Below are positions 39,501 to 51,339 of a stretch of 64,000 bases of DNA, piece after piece. Source of the DNA: Amoebophrya sp. A120. Lineage: Eukaryota > Protista > Dinoflagellata. How positions within the stretch are numbered: the first letter of the stretch is position 1; each line of letters begins with the position of its first letter. The stretch spans positions 2,574,226 to 2,638,225 of the forward strand of contig CAJINV010000002.1 of NCBI GenBank assembly GCA_905178155.1, written 5' to 3'. The notes beneath the pieces were generated by a model. It was not told where the DNA came from, did not search any database, and was given only the letters and a program-made list of their open reading frames with translations. Both the position numbers and the translations under genes were made by a program.

Positions 39501-41023
39501 TCGCGAAGAAAAAATGGAAGTATCAAAAAGCACAAGGTCAAGTGTCCCTTGCCGCGCATTCTTTTTTTGTCTGCCAATAAAAATACAAGATCTACTTTTA
39601 CTCTACATGCTGCCTGTGAGCGCTACTTGCTTTGTCGATGACACGTCTCTGACGGCAGTTGTGCCGCTGCAGGAGCGCATCATCAGGTTTGTTCAAATGG
39701 TCGGGAGGAGGATCACCACTGCTTGTGCCCTTGCATAGAAATCCGAGCTGAACGCGAAGCTGGGAGAAAACGGCAAGAAAAACGGAAAAGGAGCAGAAGA
39801 AGAAGACCAAGAAGGGCCGCTGGGCTTTCTGGACGAGTGGTACTTCCTGATTCCCTGCGGCTGCGTGGTGCTCTTGTGCATCATCGGCGCTTTCGTGCAC
39901 GTGCGGCGCGAGCGCGCCCGGGCCCGGTTGAGCTCGGTGCGCATGTCCAGTGGCGGCCCAGAATCGTCCGTCTCGGGGTCGACGCAACCAGCGTCCGGCG
40001 CAACTAGGTCCAGCCGCGGTTCGCAACGAAGCAGCCGCGGCTCCGTGCGCCCGTCCCAAGCGTCGAACGCCTACAAGAGCGCAGTGTTGGCCTCGGACCT
40101 GCCCTCGGCGATCCCGGAAGGTTATCAAATGCAAATATGGCTGGGTCTGGAATAAACTTGCGATGCAAGAAACGAAATAGTGAGCACACTCTGATGCGCT
40201 GCCAAGCATGACAAGTTTTCCCGTGGTTCTGAGTTGCGTACTCCGCTTGAGAAACTGCGTTTTTGCATGAAAGGCAAGAGGAGCGCTTTGCGGCCGCGCA
40301 ATACAAAGTTCAGAGTCATGCTAGACTAGCATGACAAATCTCGCAATTATCCAGACCCAGATATATTTGCAATGCATATGGGCGGGCCGGGAGAGGAGGG
40401 TGTCCCGGACGAGGAGCCCGGTACGTCGGAAGAGGAGGTATCAAATGCAAATATGTCTGGGTCTGGAAGAATGCAGATTTTTGTCATGCTGTTTTTGCAT
40501 GACGCGGAAGGTCTGGCATGGAAGCCCTAGCATCACAGGTTTCGAGAAGGTTCCGCAATGCCTAACCTGCATGACAAGATTCCCACTGTGGCGACTGGAA
40601 AAAATGGGCAACACTTGCTGCCTACGCATGAGAGATTTGTATGTGTTGTGAAATGCGCATCACAACTGCGCACTTCTACAGACCCAAACATATTTGCCAT
40701 GCATAGGAGGAAGAGGAAGTCGACGAGCTCTCGGAGAACGACTACCAAAAAACAGTGACCAGGGCGAGCAGGGTATGCAAGAAAAAAACTGTGTAAGTGT
40801 AACTTTGTAATGCAGAACATGCAACAGAGTTACGCCTGTCATGCCAGACAGCCATGAAGTCCACTTTGCATGTGTGTTTTCCCTTACAAGCCACGCATGA
40901 TAGGTTTTCTCTGTCATGTAGAGCAAATTTGTGATGCTGTCAACCAAAGAAAGTTACACTAACACAGTTTTTTTCTCGCGATACAGGGCCAGCGATTCGC
41001 GGAACGGATTGTTGGAAGGGTGA
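30592..41023 (+). CDS. Gene 6: type I membrane protein with about 6 Cys-rich EF-hand-like repeats
   Basis: Spliced frame gives MDTDGDGQINTNEV, MDVDGNGHIEKHEV, DLDSNNDGEITQDEV, GDGDGKLTxxEL..CxxVCVP..VCHCCP repeats and TM WYFLIPCGCVVLLCIIGAFV; 26 introners plus 2 GT-AG introns; TGA 41021-41023; start uncertain. Confidence 0.8.
30939..31136 (+). other. GT-AG intron
   Basis: GTATAA..TCACAG, phase 2, in frame. Confidence 0.6.
31428..31631. mobile_element. Introner family F-like
   Basis: TIR TATCGCGAGAAAAAAGCGTTACAGTTG; DR TACGT. Confidence 0.85.
31666..31972. mobile_element. Introner family E
   Basis: TIR TATGGAAGCGTCAGGTTTGAAATCGTCAAAGTTGAAAT; DR CGCCA. Confidence 0.9.
32022..32179. mobile_element. 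Introner family D
   Basis: TIR; DR diverged CACTA/CTTTG. Confidence 0.85.
32234..32460. mobile_element. Introner family G
   Basis: TIR TATGAGAGTACAGAACTCCC; DR CGACG/TGACG. Confidence 0.85.
32529..32800. mobile_element. Introner family A-like
   Basis: TIR; DR CAAAC. Confidence 0.85.
33055..33352. mobile_element. Introner family A (diverged)
   Basis: TIR; DR GGTGG/GCTGG. Confidence 0.85.
33433..33590. mobile_element. Introner family D
   Basis: TIR; DR GCTGA. Confidence 0.9.
33665..33925. mobile_element. Introner family A (mixed A/A-variant ends)
   Basis: TIR; DR CGTGG/TGTGG. Confidence 0.85.
33978..34240. mobile_element. Introner family A
   Basis: TIR; DR TCTTT. Confidence 0.9.
34595..34854. 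mobile_element. Introner family A
   Basis: TIR; DR CGATG. Confidence 0.9.
34941..35145. mobile_element. Introner family F
   Basis: TIR TATCGCAAGAAAAAACTGTTTCACTGTGA; DR TGATC. Confidence 0.9.
35293..35604. mobile_element. Introner family H
   Basis: TIR TATTACCATGAAAAATGCCCCC; DR TGCCA. Confidence 0.9.
35657..35918. mobile_element. Introner family A
   Basis: TIR; DR CGTGC/CGTAC. Confidence 0.9.
36130..36422. mobile_element. Introner family C
   Basis: TIR; DR CTGGC/CCGGC. Confidence 0.85.
36482..36652. mobile_element. Introner family D
   Basis: TIR; DR ACTGC. Confidence 0.9.
36748..37044. mobile_element. Introner family C
   Basis: TIR; DR CGGAT/CGGAC. Confidence 0.9.
37103..37314. mobile_element. 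Introner family F
   Basis: TIR; DR GAGGC/GAAGT. Confidence 0.85.
37752..37979. mobile_element. Introner family G
   Basis: TIR TATGAAAGTGCACAACTCCCCCTCCCCCT; DR GAGAA. Confidence 0.9.
38115..38332. mobile_element. Introner family D-like
   Basis: TIR; DR TCGTG. Confidence 0.85.
38407..38618. mobile_element. Introner family F
   Basis: TIR; DR GTGTG/GCGTG. Confidence 0.9.
38654..38904. mobile_element. Introner family F-like (old)
   Basis: TIR TATCCAGGAAAA/TTTTCCTGCATA; DR not intact. Confidence 0.75.
39045..39298. mobile_element. Introner family A
   Basis: TIR; DR GTGGC. Confidence 0.9.
39351..39452 (+). other. GT-AG intron
   Basis: GTATTT..TTCCAG, phase 2, in frame. Confidence 0.65.
39521..39737. 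mobile_element. Degenerate introner, unassigned family
   Basis: TATCAAAAAGCACAAG/CTTGTGCCCTTGCATA; DR GGAAG/GAAAT. Confidence 0.7.
40123..40378. mobile_element. Introner family A
   Basis: TIR; DR diverged AAGGT/TGGGC. Confidence 0.85.
40439..40705. mobile_element. Introner family A
   Basis: TIR; DR GGAGG. Confidence 0.9.
40774..40983. mobile_element. Introner family F
   Basis: TIR; DR CAGGG. Confidence 0.85.
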
Positions 41024-42654
41024 GAGAAAAAGAATTAGAATCATCTATCGCAACTGATTCAGCTGCGTACAGGCACATGTATTGAAGAGGAAAAGGTGCT
41101 ACGCTTCAATTTCTAGCTCTCAGCATATCCAAATTAACTCTCGCCCGGAATCAATTTTACTGTAAAACGAAGTTGAACACGAGCAGACACCGCAGTTGCC
41201 AGTTACTCAAACTCACACGAACAATGATTGCGCAGAATTTTCAGCAGATTTTAGAAAAGCTTACGTCGAAAGAATGATACGCAAGAATGATACGCAGTAG
41301 ACTGATAAATAAACGCGACAGAAAATAAAAATCATTTGTAACGTGCCACACGGATGAACCGAAATTAAAACTAGTTTACTGTACGATGCTGAATTTATCC
41401 TCACATTTACTTTGAGAATACAACGAACCGTTTCGCTTTACAGAGTCAAAGATTGTTTCACACAAAAATAGCTTCATTTGCAACTCCGTTGACAACTTTT
41501 GAACAGACTTACAACAGTTTTACCTTTGACGCCTGAACCACGAATTTTATCAAAAATTGCATTGCAGTTTCGCTAACAAATTTCTATTGTACCAAAACCA
41601 AATAGAATATGCACCTTTTCGATCCGTTTCACAATTTTAACAGACTTTTTACAACCACTTGAATTTGTTCTTGAGCCACCAGTCACAATTACGACCGAAT
41701 CGAAATCAGACGCGACAGGCAAAAATGTAAGATTGAATAGTTTCGAAGAAAAATCAAAATGAATCAGTGTCGTGTGCTGCAAAAAAAGTACAATCAAACG
41801 TACGCTGTACAGAAAAAATTAGGAGAAAAATTAGAAGAAAGAGTAGCCCCATTGTACACAAACCAGGACTAGCTTCGGGGCTACTTTTATTTAAGACTAA
41901 GTAGCACCAGCAAAAACAAACCGAGGTACACGAAGAAGCAATCGAGAGGCAGCCATCGCGGATGCTGGGTACTGTGCAAAACGTGAGAAAAATAGTCCTT
42001 TCCTGGCGATATGCTCCTCACAGGGCGAACGAGAAGCTTCTTTTTCACGATTGACTTTCTTGGTGATGCGAAAAAAGAAAAAAACAAAACTTTCTTCGGC
42101 GGCGGGTAAGGAAGGGAGAAGCCCGTGCTTGTTTCATCGTCTTTTCGCTGCAATGTTCATTCTTCAGTCTGGCATTGTTGATAGTTCCTTTTTTGTTTCG
42201 TAATCTAGCACGCAACGATCACCAAGTTGAACTGCCAATGTGGGCGATCATCTTCTCTGCGAGAACGGCCTGACAAGATCCTTTCTTTAGTGTGATCTGA
42301 AGCCGAAGTTCGGGTTTTTTGCTCCGCTTCGAGCGCGATCAGTTTTTGTTTTTTTTTCACAAGCTGTGTCGTGCCTCGCAGGTCGGTCGTTGTGCCCAAA
42401 AAAAACTCGCACGGTGAGACCGCTTTTCTTCAGATAAAAAGTTGACTCTCGTCTTGCCGCAACGACGGAGCCAAGATCCTTTTTTTTACAAAGTAATAAA
42501 AGTAAAGTGCGAAGTAGAACTACGTCCCAACATAAAAATCACACCCAAAAGAAAAAAGATGCATGCCTCGATACTTCCGTGCAGAAAACGAAAAAGCAAT
42601 CCAAATCACAGAAGCAGATCCAGGACAATATGAAACACGAAAGAGGATCATAGG

Positions 42655-45600
42655 ATGGCGCCTTGTTTCTTGCTAAAACGCACCACCGTCGCGGTGAGTT
42701 TTCTCTACTCCTGCTTCTTCCACCAAGCAACTGCTATTTCGTTCTTCACGGAATCCGAGGAAAGCTTCAGGTCCGCGGTGAATCTCTACCGGCACACGGA
42801 TTCCAAGGGGAATTTAAAACTTCCGATAATCTACCATCTGGATGGAAAGAAGTGCGAGGGCCTGGAGTGGGACGACAACACTGATCCAGGCGGGACGGAG
42901 ATCCGCCAGTGCGAGTGGCGGTGTTACGTGAATCAGCAATGCGAAGCCTGGCAGATGTTCAACGTGAGTACGCTGGTTAGAAGTACAGCCAGTGCAGGAA
43001 CTACAGACTCTTCCACCGGAGCCGTTGGCCGTTGCTACCTCGGTACCCCGACAAATTTCGCGAAGTGCGATGGCATAGGGGAATGGTTCGACTGCTTTGG
43101 AAAGGTGTTCGGAGATGAGGTGGTAAGGGGATTGGAGAACATTAAAACTGGCAACAAGAACCGAGATGGTACTACAGCAATAAAACCCAGTTCCTGGGAG
43201 GACATAATGGACGCAGAGCTAAATCGAGACAGGGAGAAAAAGGGGAAAGTGAAGATACAGGAAGACGATAGCGAAGATAGCGACGGGGCGGGCGAAGATA
43301 CTGCGGGAAGTAATGAAGACGAGCAGACAGAAGAGCAAGAGCAAAATTTTCACCACGAAGAGGATACAACTTCTAGTGGAACAACAGAACAGAGACACGC
43401 AGAGCTTTCTCCAATAAAACCAAGAAGTACCGCAACTGTTAAAAAGAAAAAACCTCGCTCCCGGTTAAAGCAGTCCTGGTATGAAAGAGCCAGGACGAAG
43501 TATCAAAAGGAAAAGTCCCCCCTCCCCATACCAAAACTGAAATCTGTGATGCGGAATTTGTGTACACAAATAGGATTTGTCTTGCAGTGGAGGACCGCAG
43601 GCAGACGCACTGCCTGAAGTAGGGGCGTTTTGGTGATGTAGGCACCTAGCATGGCAGGCGTCTGCCCTGTAGCCTTATCAGCGTGACAAATCACCTGCAT
43701 AGCGCGGTGCTCTCTCTCAATTTGCCTTCCTGCAAGACAGACAGGATTTGTGGCCACAAATCCGCATCACAAATTTTCGGACGGATACGTTTTCTATATG
43801 GGGCGGGGGGATTTTTCCTTGCAATACGAAGTGGATTGAGCAGAAGCTCTCCACGGCGAGTAATGAACAGCTAACGGAGTTCACCCACTGCAAGAAAGTC
43901 GCTCCGTACTTCAACCGCCAAGTCCTCGGCGCTAGAATGCGGTGGATGCAAAAGATTTACACAACCGACGAGTCTGATGCGGAGAATGATAAGTTCGCTA
44001 TGCGGTTCTTCAGCTACCATGGTGTGATGGGCGGGATTTGCTACAACGACGACGGATCGTTCTGTCACTGGTCCCGGCAGATTTCCGAGAAGCAGTATAG
44101 GAAGAACCGGTTTCGGTACAGAATAGGAAAACACGCCGATGAAGACACGATCAATTTCTGTACGGATACGGAGGAAGCAAGAGAAAAAGTGGAAAAGACC
44201 CAGTATCTCTTCACGTCGAAAAACCATTTAGCGGAAAAAGCGTTACTCAAACTGCGAGCCGCTATCCCGAAAAAGTGGAAGACGGGCCGGTTTCTGAACT
44301 TCGGGGTGGGGACGTGTAGCACCAATGATCCGATGTATTTCCTCTTTAAAAACCGGGAAAATGAGAGAAGAACGGACTTCTACAAGGCGAAAAGGTTGGA
44401 AAAATTAAACAGGAAAGACGGAAGTTTTGATTCGGAAAAAGCGCTGCAATGGCAGTCCGAGGACGGAGCAGAGGATTTGAACGAGCCGCCGCTTTACGGT
44501 TTCGGATTTGAACTGTTCCGTTCCGTCGCAGAGCAGTGCCGGTACCCCAATACCACCATAATCCTCGCGCCGGTCACTCTGGACAACTTACCGACTTTGT
44601 TGGCAAAAACGAAATTTTTCCCAAACTTACTAATAGAGCGGGAATCGGAGGCGCAGCTCCGGAAAAATCCGCCGCTAGACATGCGGATTCTGGTGGAAGC
44701 TGCGGAAGTGCACGAATCGCAGGGCGCGAAAAAAATGGTCGGCTACACAAGGCCGGAAGTTGCGGCGGTGGAGACGAAATATAGTTATGTTTCGTTTTCT
44801 ATCCATGGTGCAAATTACATGTCTGGATCTGGAAGCTTGTCTTGCTGATACTCGCATTACAGCCTGGCCGCTTGGACGGCAGAACAGCATCAGAAGTTTT
44901 TCAGGCCTGTTGTAGCGGATTCATTCATAAAACGCATGACAAACTGGCTTCCACCATGGGGAAAATCAAAATACTTGCCGATCGTATTCTGGCATCACAG
45001 ATCTTGTTGTCCTTCAACTCTGACATCACAAATCTAGACCCAGACAGATTTGCAATGCATATTGTCCGAGACGGTCACGAAGAAGAAGCTGAACATCGAC
45101 AATGTGGACGGGATATCGATTGCAAGAGTGTCTTGGTCTGGAAACTTGTATTGCTGAAGCTTGCATTGCAGCGTAGCACCTTGTACGGCATACGAGCATG
45201 AGAAATCTTTTCAGGTTTATTTTTGCAGATTCATTTGTAAAACGCATGACAAACGTCGGAGTTTCACAACATGACAAAGAAGTTGCTCACACGTATTTTA
45301 TGCATGACAATTCCTTGCTTTCCTTCAAATTTCGCATGACAAATCCAGTCCCAAACGTATTTGCAATGCATACAGGAGTCCGAAAATGCTGGAAACCAGG
45401 GACGAACTAGAGGAGCTGATAGAATCGTACGGCGGTCGGGAAGAGATGTGGAAGAAGGAAAAGAAACTAGAACAGTTTTTCGATGACCACAGTGAGAAAG
45501 ACATTGAGAAGCTGCAAGCCGAACAAGGGACGACTTCTAACACGAACAACAAATTGGAAGAAACCTTTCCAATTCAACACCCCATTATCGAGTACGTGAT

Positions 45601-46634
45601 TCTGGATTTAGACAGCTACGAGTATCAGGTTTTAGAATTCTTGCAAAAAACCCGGCAGACGGTGTTGATCTACCGGTTGGAGATAGCGCAGCACTTCCCG
45701 CCCCCGTATAAGTACGCGATGCTCTATCACCCAGAGAAGGTGAAACAATACCGGAAACACATGAAATACGCCGAAGACATGTACTTCTCCCCACTGTACG
45801 GAATGAGTCTGTCCGCAGCAATATCGGTGTTGAAGGAGACGCATTATCTACTGTACTTGACAGATAAAACCGACGCGGTGTTCGTACACAAACTCCTAAA
45901 ACCGTACTTGGATAAGGCGTTTGGAATCGATTTCAAATTGCCCTTATCAAATGCAAATATGTCTGGGTCTGGAAAGTTGGAACTTGTGATGCTAACTTTG
46001 GTTTCCAAAAAAATCTGTATTGCATGACCAGCAAGAGGAGTCCTGTTTGCCTTACGCGGGGAGGGCATTTGTCATGCTGAATCGGCATCAGGAAGCCTGC
46101 TAAAAATCTGTGATGCTGGGCCATGCATTAGAGGCAATATAGGCCATGCAAAACATGCATGACAAACCTGGCGCTTTCCAGACCCAGACAGATTTGCAAT
46201 GCATTGCCCTTAGACGAGTTTCAGTGCTACCGGTCCTCGCATTTGTGGCACCAGATGAACCAGCTTTTCGTGCTATCCTGAGCAAAAACGTCCCCAGATG
46301 GGAAACCTGCAACAGAAATCGCCAAGTATGAGAAATCGCTGGTTAGCAAGGAAAGCCGCATGAGAAAGCTATTTTCGCATCCTGTTATACAGCATTACAA
46401 ATGCCAACACGCGACTGGAAATGCTTCGCATGGAGATACGCATTACGAATGTTTCTGTCATTGCGCATTTGCATGACAACTCTGGCGCGCAGACTTTTTT
46501 GCTCAGGATACGTCCGGAGTTGGGCGTTCAACGAGGAGATTCACGAGGGCCTGATGCACATTCACGATAACATCACCTACTATTCGCCGGTGCCGATCGA
46601 GGAGGGGAATGTGCCGTTTCTGCTGTGGGTGTGA
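42655..46634 (+). CDS. Gene 7: secreted/lumenal protein with PAN/apple-like Cys module and C-terminal FkbM-like (SAM-methyltransferase fold) domain
   Basis: Signal-like N-terminus; CEWRC..CEAWQ..CYLG; FLNFGVG, ILDLDSYEY, EIAQHFPPP, YGMSLSA, DAVFVH resemble FkbM-like proteins; 5 introners removable in frame. Confidence 0.65.
43501..43826. mobile_element. Introner family B
   Basis: TIR; DR CGAAG. Confidence 0.9.
44800..45061. mobile_element. Introner family A-like
   Basis: TIR; DR TTTTC/TTGTC. Confidence 0.8.
45114..45372. mobile_element. Introner family A-like
   Basis: TIR; DR CGGGA/CAGGA. Confidence 0.8.
45945..46205. mobile_element. Introner family A
   Basis: TIR (right end ATT); DR GCCCT. 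Confidence 0.9.
46274..46510. mobile_element. Introner family C (internally deleted)
   Basis: TIR TATCCTGAGCAAAAA; DR CGTGC/CGTCC. Confidence 0.85.
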
Positions 46635-47595
46635 CGGAGGAGGGTGGAGAATTAACATGAAGGTGTGTTTGTGAAGACCTTCGTGATGTTGAACATAAGT
46701 TCAGTACCTGTACGTCATTCGACAATAGACATGAGAGCAGCTGCTGTGGATCTTCAGTGCGTATAGCAGAGGTCCATGGTTCGATAGGCTTTTTCACCCG
46801 CGGCTGCTCGCTCGGGTTGAGATGTTATTGAGATTGAGTACTACACGCAAATCAATGGAATACTTCATGCTGCATTTGCACAATGCTGGGTCGATTGCAA
46901 GAACCGCTGTAAGAATAAAACGCATCATCAATTCGCACAGCTGTACCAGTGCCGCTTACCAGCATTTTGTGCCGGTGTCCGCGCACAATGAACTTGCGGT
47001 TCCCATCATGCGCATTTTTTTCCCTGTTCTTTGTATTCATCATGAGGGTCGTTCTCGTCGTTTCAGCACTAAAGATCGAGGATACTCATTTATCTGTCTC
47101 GAATCTTCGTGAGAGAGCATCGCAGAAGATCGTGTCTTTTCATCTCGCATCATCTTCGTGTCGTGATCGTCGTTTCGTTTCGGGGAGAATGAATGGGATG
47201 ACAGCAAATAAAATCTTCGTGATAGAACAAGAATAACAGATCGAATGTCACCCTCTACGAGTACTTCTATCGTTGTCAAAGTCAGTGGATTCACGTCGAA
47301 CAACTCGATCGTTGCACAGTACACTTGGGCCGCCGGTGCAAGAATCTAACTTGAAAACTGACTCAAAATTGGTGCTGTCTCGGGTCGTTGTCGTTTGATG
47401 AAGAAGCAGCCACTGTGGTTAGGTAGTAAGTGGCAGTACCAACCGCGCCCTGCCGTCGTTTCAAACAGTTAAAATTCCAAACATTTTTACTAGCAGATCG
47501 CATCCTTTTTTTTTCGTCAATAGAGTTTTCATCTTCAGAAAGACCCAGTAGAAATCACGAGAAAACAAAGCAAATCCAAGTGGTAGATCGAAGCG

Positions 47596-49879
47596 ATGCG
47601 GTATCGAAAGGAAAAATCCCCCCTCCCCATATCGAAAACGAAATGTGTGATGCTGTATTTGAGGTCACAAATCGACTTGTCATGCTAGAAGGCCAAGAGC
47701 CGCAGTCGTGGCCTCGTTTGCAGGCAATTTGTCATGCTGAAGATGCAAGGCTTCCCCACGTCAACCTGCACTACAGTCCGCATCTTTTCCCGTGTAGCAT
47801 GACAAAGCTGATTTGTGACAACAAATCTGCATCACAGATTTCCGTTTTGATATGGGGAGGGGGAGTTTTTCCTCTCGATATGCGGCTGTTCGCCAAGGCC
47901 GTCCTGGCCACCACCGCGTGCACCGTCGCCGTGGATGCGAAGCGCATGTGGAAAAACAAGGAATTATTCCGGGCAAAAACGTCCCCACCCCAAAGTCACG
48001 ATGGGGACTTAGCTACACAAACCAACAAGTTTTGGTTGTTGCGCATGACAAGTTTGGACAAGGAAAAATCCAGTCGTGATTACCTAGGTAGTGAAGCCGC
48101 ATCACAAATTGCGCGCGTGCTCCTAATTCTAGTATGACAAACTCGTCCCGGATAGCACTACAAAAAATTTTTCCCATGTGGCTGCGCATGAGACGCATTT
48201 CAGGTACTGCAGATTTGCATGACAAGAACTCTGGGGTGGGGACGTTTTCACACGGGATAGGAAGGCCAGCAAGTGACGAAGAAAACCACCCTTACGACCT
48301 ATTACAATGAAAAGTGCCCCCACCCCAGAACTTGGGAGCATTTGTATTGCAAACCTTTCCAAATGAAACACTCGCCCTCTTGCATCTATCAGCATCACAG
48401 GTTTTCAAGCGTGAATAGCGAAAATTTGTATTGCAAAAGATCCCAGCAGAAGCGGCGGTTGTCATGCAAGCGATGCTATATACGACTAGACTCTGCATGT
48501 GCGGCAGAAAGATTCATACTCCTTTCATGCATGACAAAAAGTTTTCATTTGGAAACTTCGCATCACAAATTATTGCAACTTTGGGGGTGGCGGGGGCATT
48601 TTTCCTTGCAATACGACCCACACGGCGGAGCACAAGTTGGCTGTTAGCATGAAAAAGATCGGGAACATGCAGAAAAAGTTGGCCCAGAAATTCGAGAAGG
48701 CGCGCTCGCTGGCCAAGCAGAATAAAAAGAAGCACCACCTGGTCGAGGAGGTGCAGAAGAAGCAGGACCTCCAGGAGCTGCAGCAAACCATGGTTGTCAC
48801 CGCGACCGGCTCTCTGCTCGAGCTGAAGGGTGACGATGACGACGACGATATCCTGAGCAAAAACGTCCCCACCCCAAAGCTGTCATGCAGATTTGCATCC
48901 ACAGAAACGTCTGTAATGCGCATCGGCATTAGAGGATTTTGTAGTCGTATTATTAGATTTGTAATGCTCTAAACAGGATGTGCATGCGTTTTTGTGATGC
49001 GGCTGTCCTTGCTAAACAACACTATACTACGGATGGAAATTTGTCATGCACAACTCCCAAAACTTGGAGATTTGTGTTGCAGATTTACCAACTTGACAAT
49101 GGGGGCGGGACGTTTTTACACAGGATAGACGACGGTGATGGTGATGACGACGACGGTGATGGTGATGACGAGGGTGACGGTGACGGTGATGTATCAACTG
49201 CATTTATGTCCGGGTCCGGAAAAACCTTGTAATGCTGGAAAGGAAAAGTGAAAGCACTGCAATATTACGTAGCCAAGCATGACAAATTTTTGGGCTGCTA
49301 TGTGTTGCGTATTCCTATGCGGCATGGCAGCCCGCGTTCTTCTAGCTCGACAGGCGAGAGGAGGGCCTTTTCGTGGCCATGTGATCATGTCAGACAAGCA
49401 TGACAAATTTGGCAATCGTCTTCCAGACCCCGACCGGTGTTTGCAATGCATATGAAGATGATCAGGACGACGATGATGATGGCGGCGGCGGCGGTGGCGG
49501 TGGTCGCTCGGGTCCGGGTGTCGCGCGGTTCTGGTACTCGGTGTTGATTTATGCATTGCAAACATCGACCTAATTGAAAGGAGGAACTTCTGATGCTCAT
49601 TTTGCATGCCTGCAAAATCTGTGTTGCATGACGAGCAAATGCGGCGCTTGTTCGCCATGCAGAAACGCAGTTTGTAATGCGTACCGCGTACTACGGAAAC
49701 AAAAGCTCCACCAAAACTTGTGATGCTTGGCAGCACTTTGAAGTAATGGAGCCATCCAGGGTAGAAGTTCAGCATCACAGGTTATTTGTTCCAGATTCAG
49801 ATCGATGTTTGTAATGCATACACACTGCTGTGGTGTGTCCGCCTACGTCTACGCGCTCTGGTACCTGGTCGAAAACTGA
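47596..49879 (+). CDS. Gene 8: small signal-peptide protein with Asp/Gly linker and C-terminal TM helix
   Basis: MRLFAKAVLATTACTVAVDA...FWYSVLICCGVSAYVYALWYLVEN* after removing 6 introners. Confidence 0.75.
47602..47880. mobile_element. Introner family B at start codon
   Basis: TIR; DR TGCGG. Confidence 0.9.
47965..48259. mobile_element. Introner family C
   Basis: TIR; DR GGAAT/GGAAG. Confidence 0.9.
48300..48613. mobile_element. Introner family H
   Basis: TIR; DR CGACC; close relative of 35293 copy. Confidence 0.9.
48849..49127. mobile_element. Introner family C
   Basis: TIR; DR GACGA. Confidence 0.9.
49192..49452. mobile_element. Introner family A-like
   Basis: TIR; DR TGATG/TGAAG. Confidence 0.8.
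49550..49820. mobile_element. Introner family A-like, DR lost
   Basis: TIR TATGCATTGCAAACATCGA; flanks TGATT/CACAC. Confidence 0.8.
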
Positions 49880-51339
49880 GGAGGGTTTTCTCGAACAAAA
49901 CCAGGAAAAAGGTGTACTTCGTTTCTTACAGACTTTGAATTTTCGTTTGTTGTCATGCATTTCCGTTACGGTAGGGGTAGCTTGACTACAATAAATGCAG
50001 GAGTACTCTTGTTCATCAAAAACAAAACGAAAAAACTATCAGGTCACGACCAGACCGTTTTCACATCACAAGCAAAGGCAAGGATTTGACTTGCAGATCA
50101 GGATTTGATTTGAAGATTTTTGACGGAAAAGACAAGTAAATACGGTGGAGCTATTAAAAGAGGGGGAAAACGCTACTACCGTATAAAAAACAAAAAGTAC
50201 TATTACCGCCGAAATTAACCCTGCGGGGTGGAAGAATATCAATATACTGACCGTTGTTGTGATCGATCGCTGCCAAATAGTTTGTTGTCACTTTACCTTT
50301 ACTGTTACCTTTTACACCACTAAGTTTGAATGAAACCAAAATTAATTGTAAAAATTGTTGCTTGATATTTGAATTTGTTATTGTTTTACACTTGTTCTGC
50401 CCACACAGCTTTTTAGTTTTACTGCGCAAGTACTGTAAAATAGAGTTCACGGTCTTCAACTGCGAAGCAAAATTAAACGCTACTGGCACGACTTGCGTGC
50501 TGGATGAACACGACCGAAAACGTATACTACGCACAGGTGGTTGAACAAATTATTTGCTGCAGAAGTTTACTTGTGTCAACTTCATGAACTTCGGCAACAG
50601 CTTCCGGAAAAATCGCGGATTTTTAGGGGCAGCTACTCGCTTCGACACCTTTTTATAGTTTGGCAGAACCGCAATCATGGTCGAGGCAGTGCTCCTCCGC
50701 GGTCTTGTTCACATCGTCGCACTGGAAAGCGAGGGGGTAAAGGAGAGGAAGAACAAGGTACTTACAATATTAAACAAAAAGCGGCTTTCTCTTCTTCTCG
50801 AATTCAATCCTTTGCCTCGATCGGGGTGTCTTCGTTCGAATCCATACGTCTTGTTCGTGGGCTTCTGAAGAGCAGATCAAGTTCGTCGATTCGCTGGCGA
50901 TTATGTCGTAAAATCGTCACCTAAGATCTAAGAATTGATGTATTTCTAAGAATCATTATTCTTCTATGTTCGCCTGCATCGACGGACGAGGGCATTGCAG
51001 AATTCATCGAAGAGTGGCATCGAAAGCTCTCGGAACAGTCGTCGATTACTTTCGTGGTCGTGCCATAAATCGTCGAGTAGCCTTTCGTGGGGCCGCTACA
51101 ACTCAATACCTTCAATTTTAGTCTTCACGGTTCCACCAATTTTCTTTTCTCTGGCTCCGGTTTTAGCAGAACGCGATGAAATAGTAGGATGTTGTTTTAG
51201 GTTTAAGTAGACCAAATTAAGGCTTCGAAACTCGAAAGCTAAAATTATTTGGGAAGATATTCGAAGCTGAAGGCGTTTCAATCATACCTCAATTTATTTC
51301 AAGAGTTATCTCGAGACTGATACGGTATTAAATGAAAAG

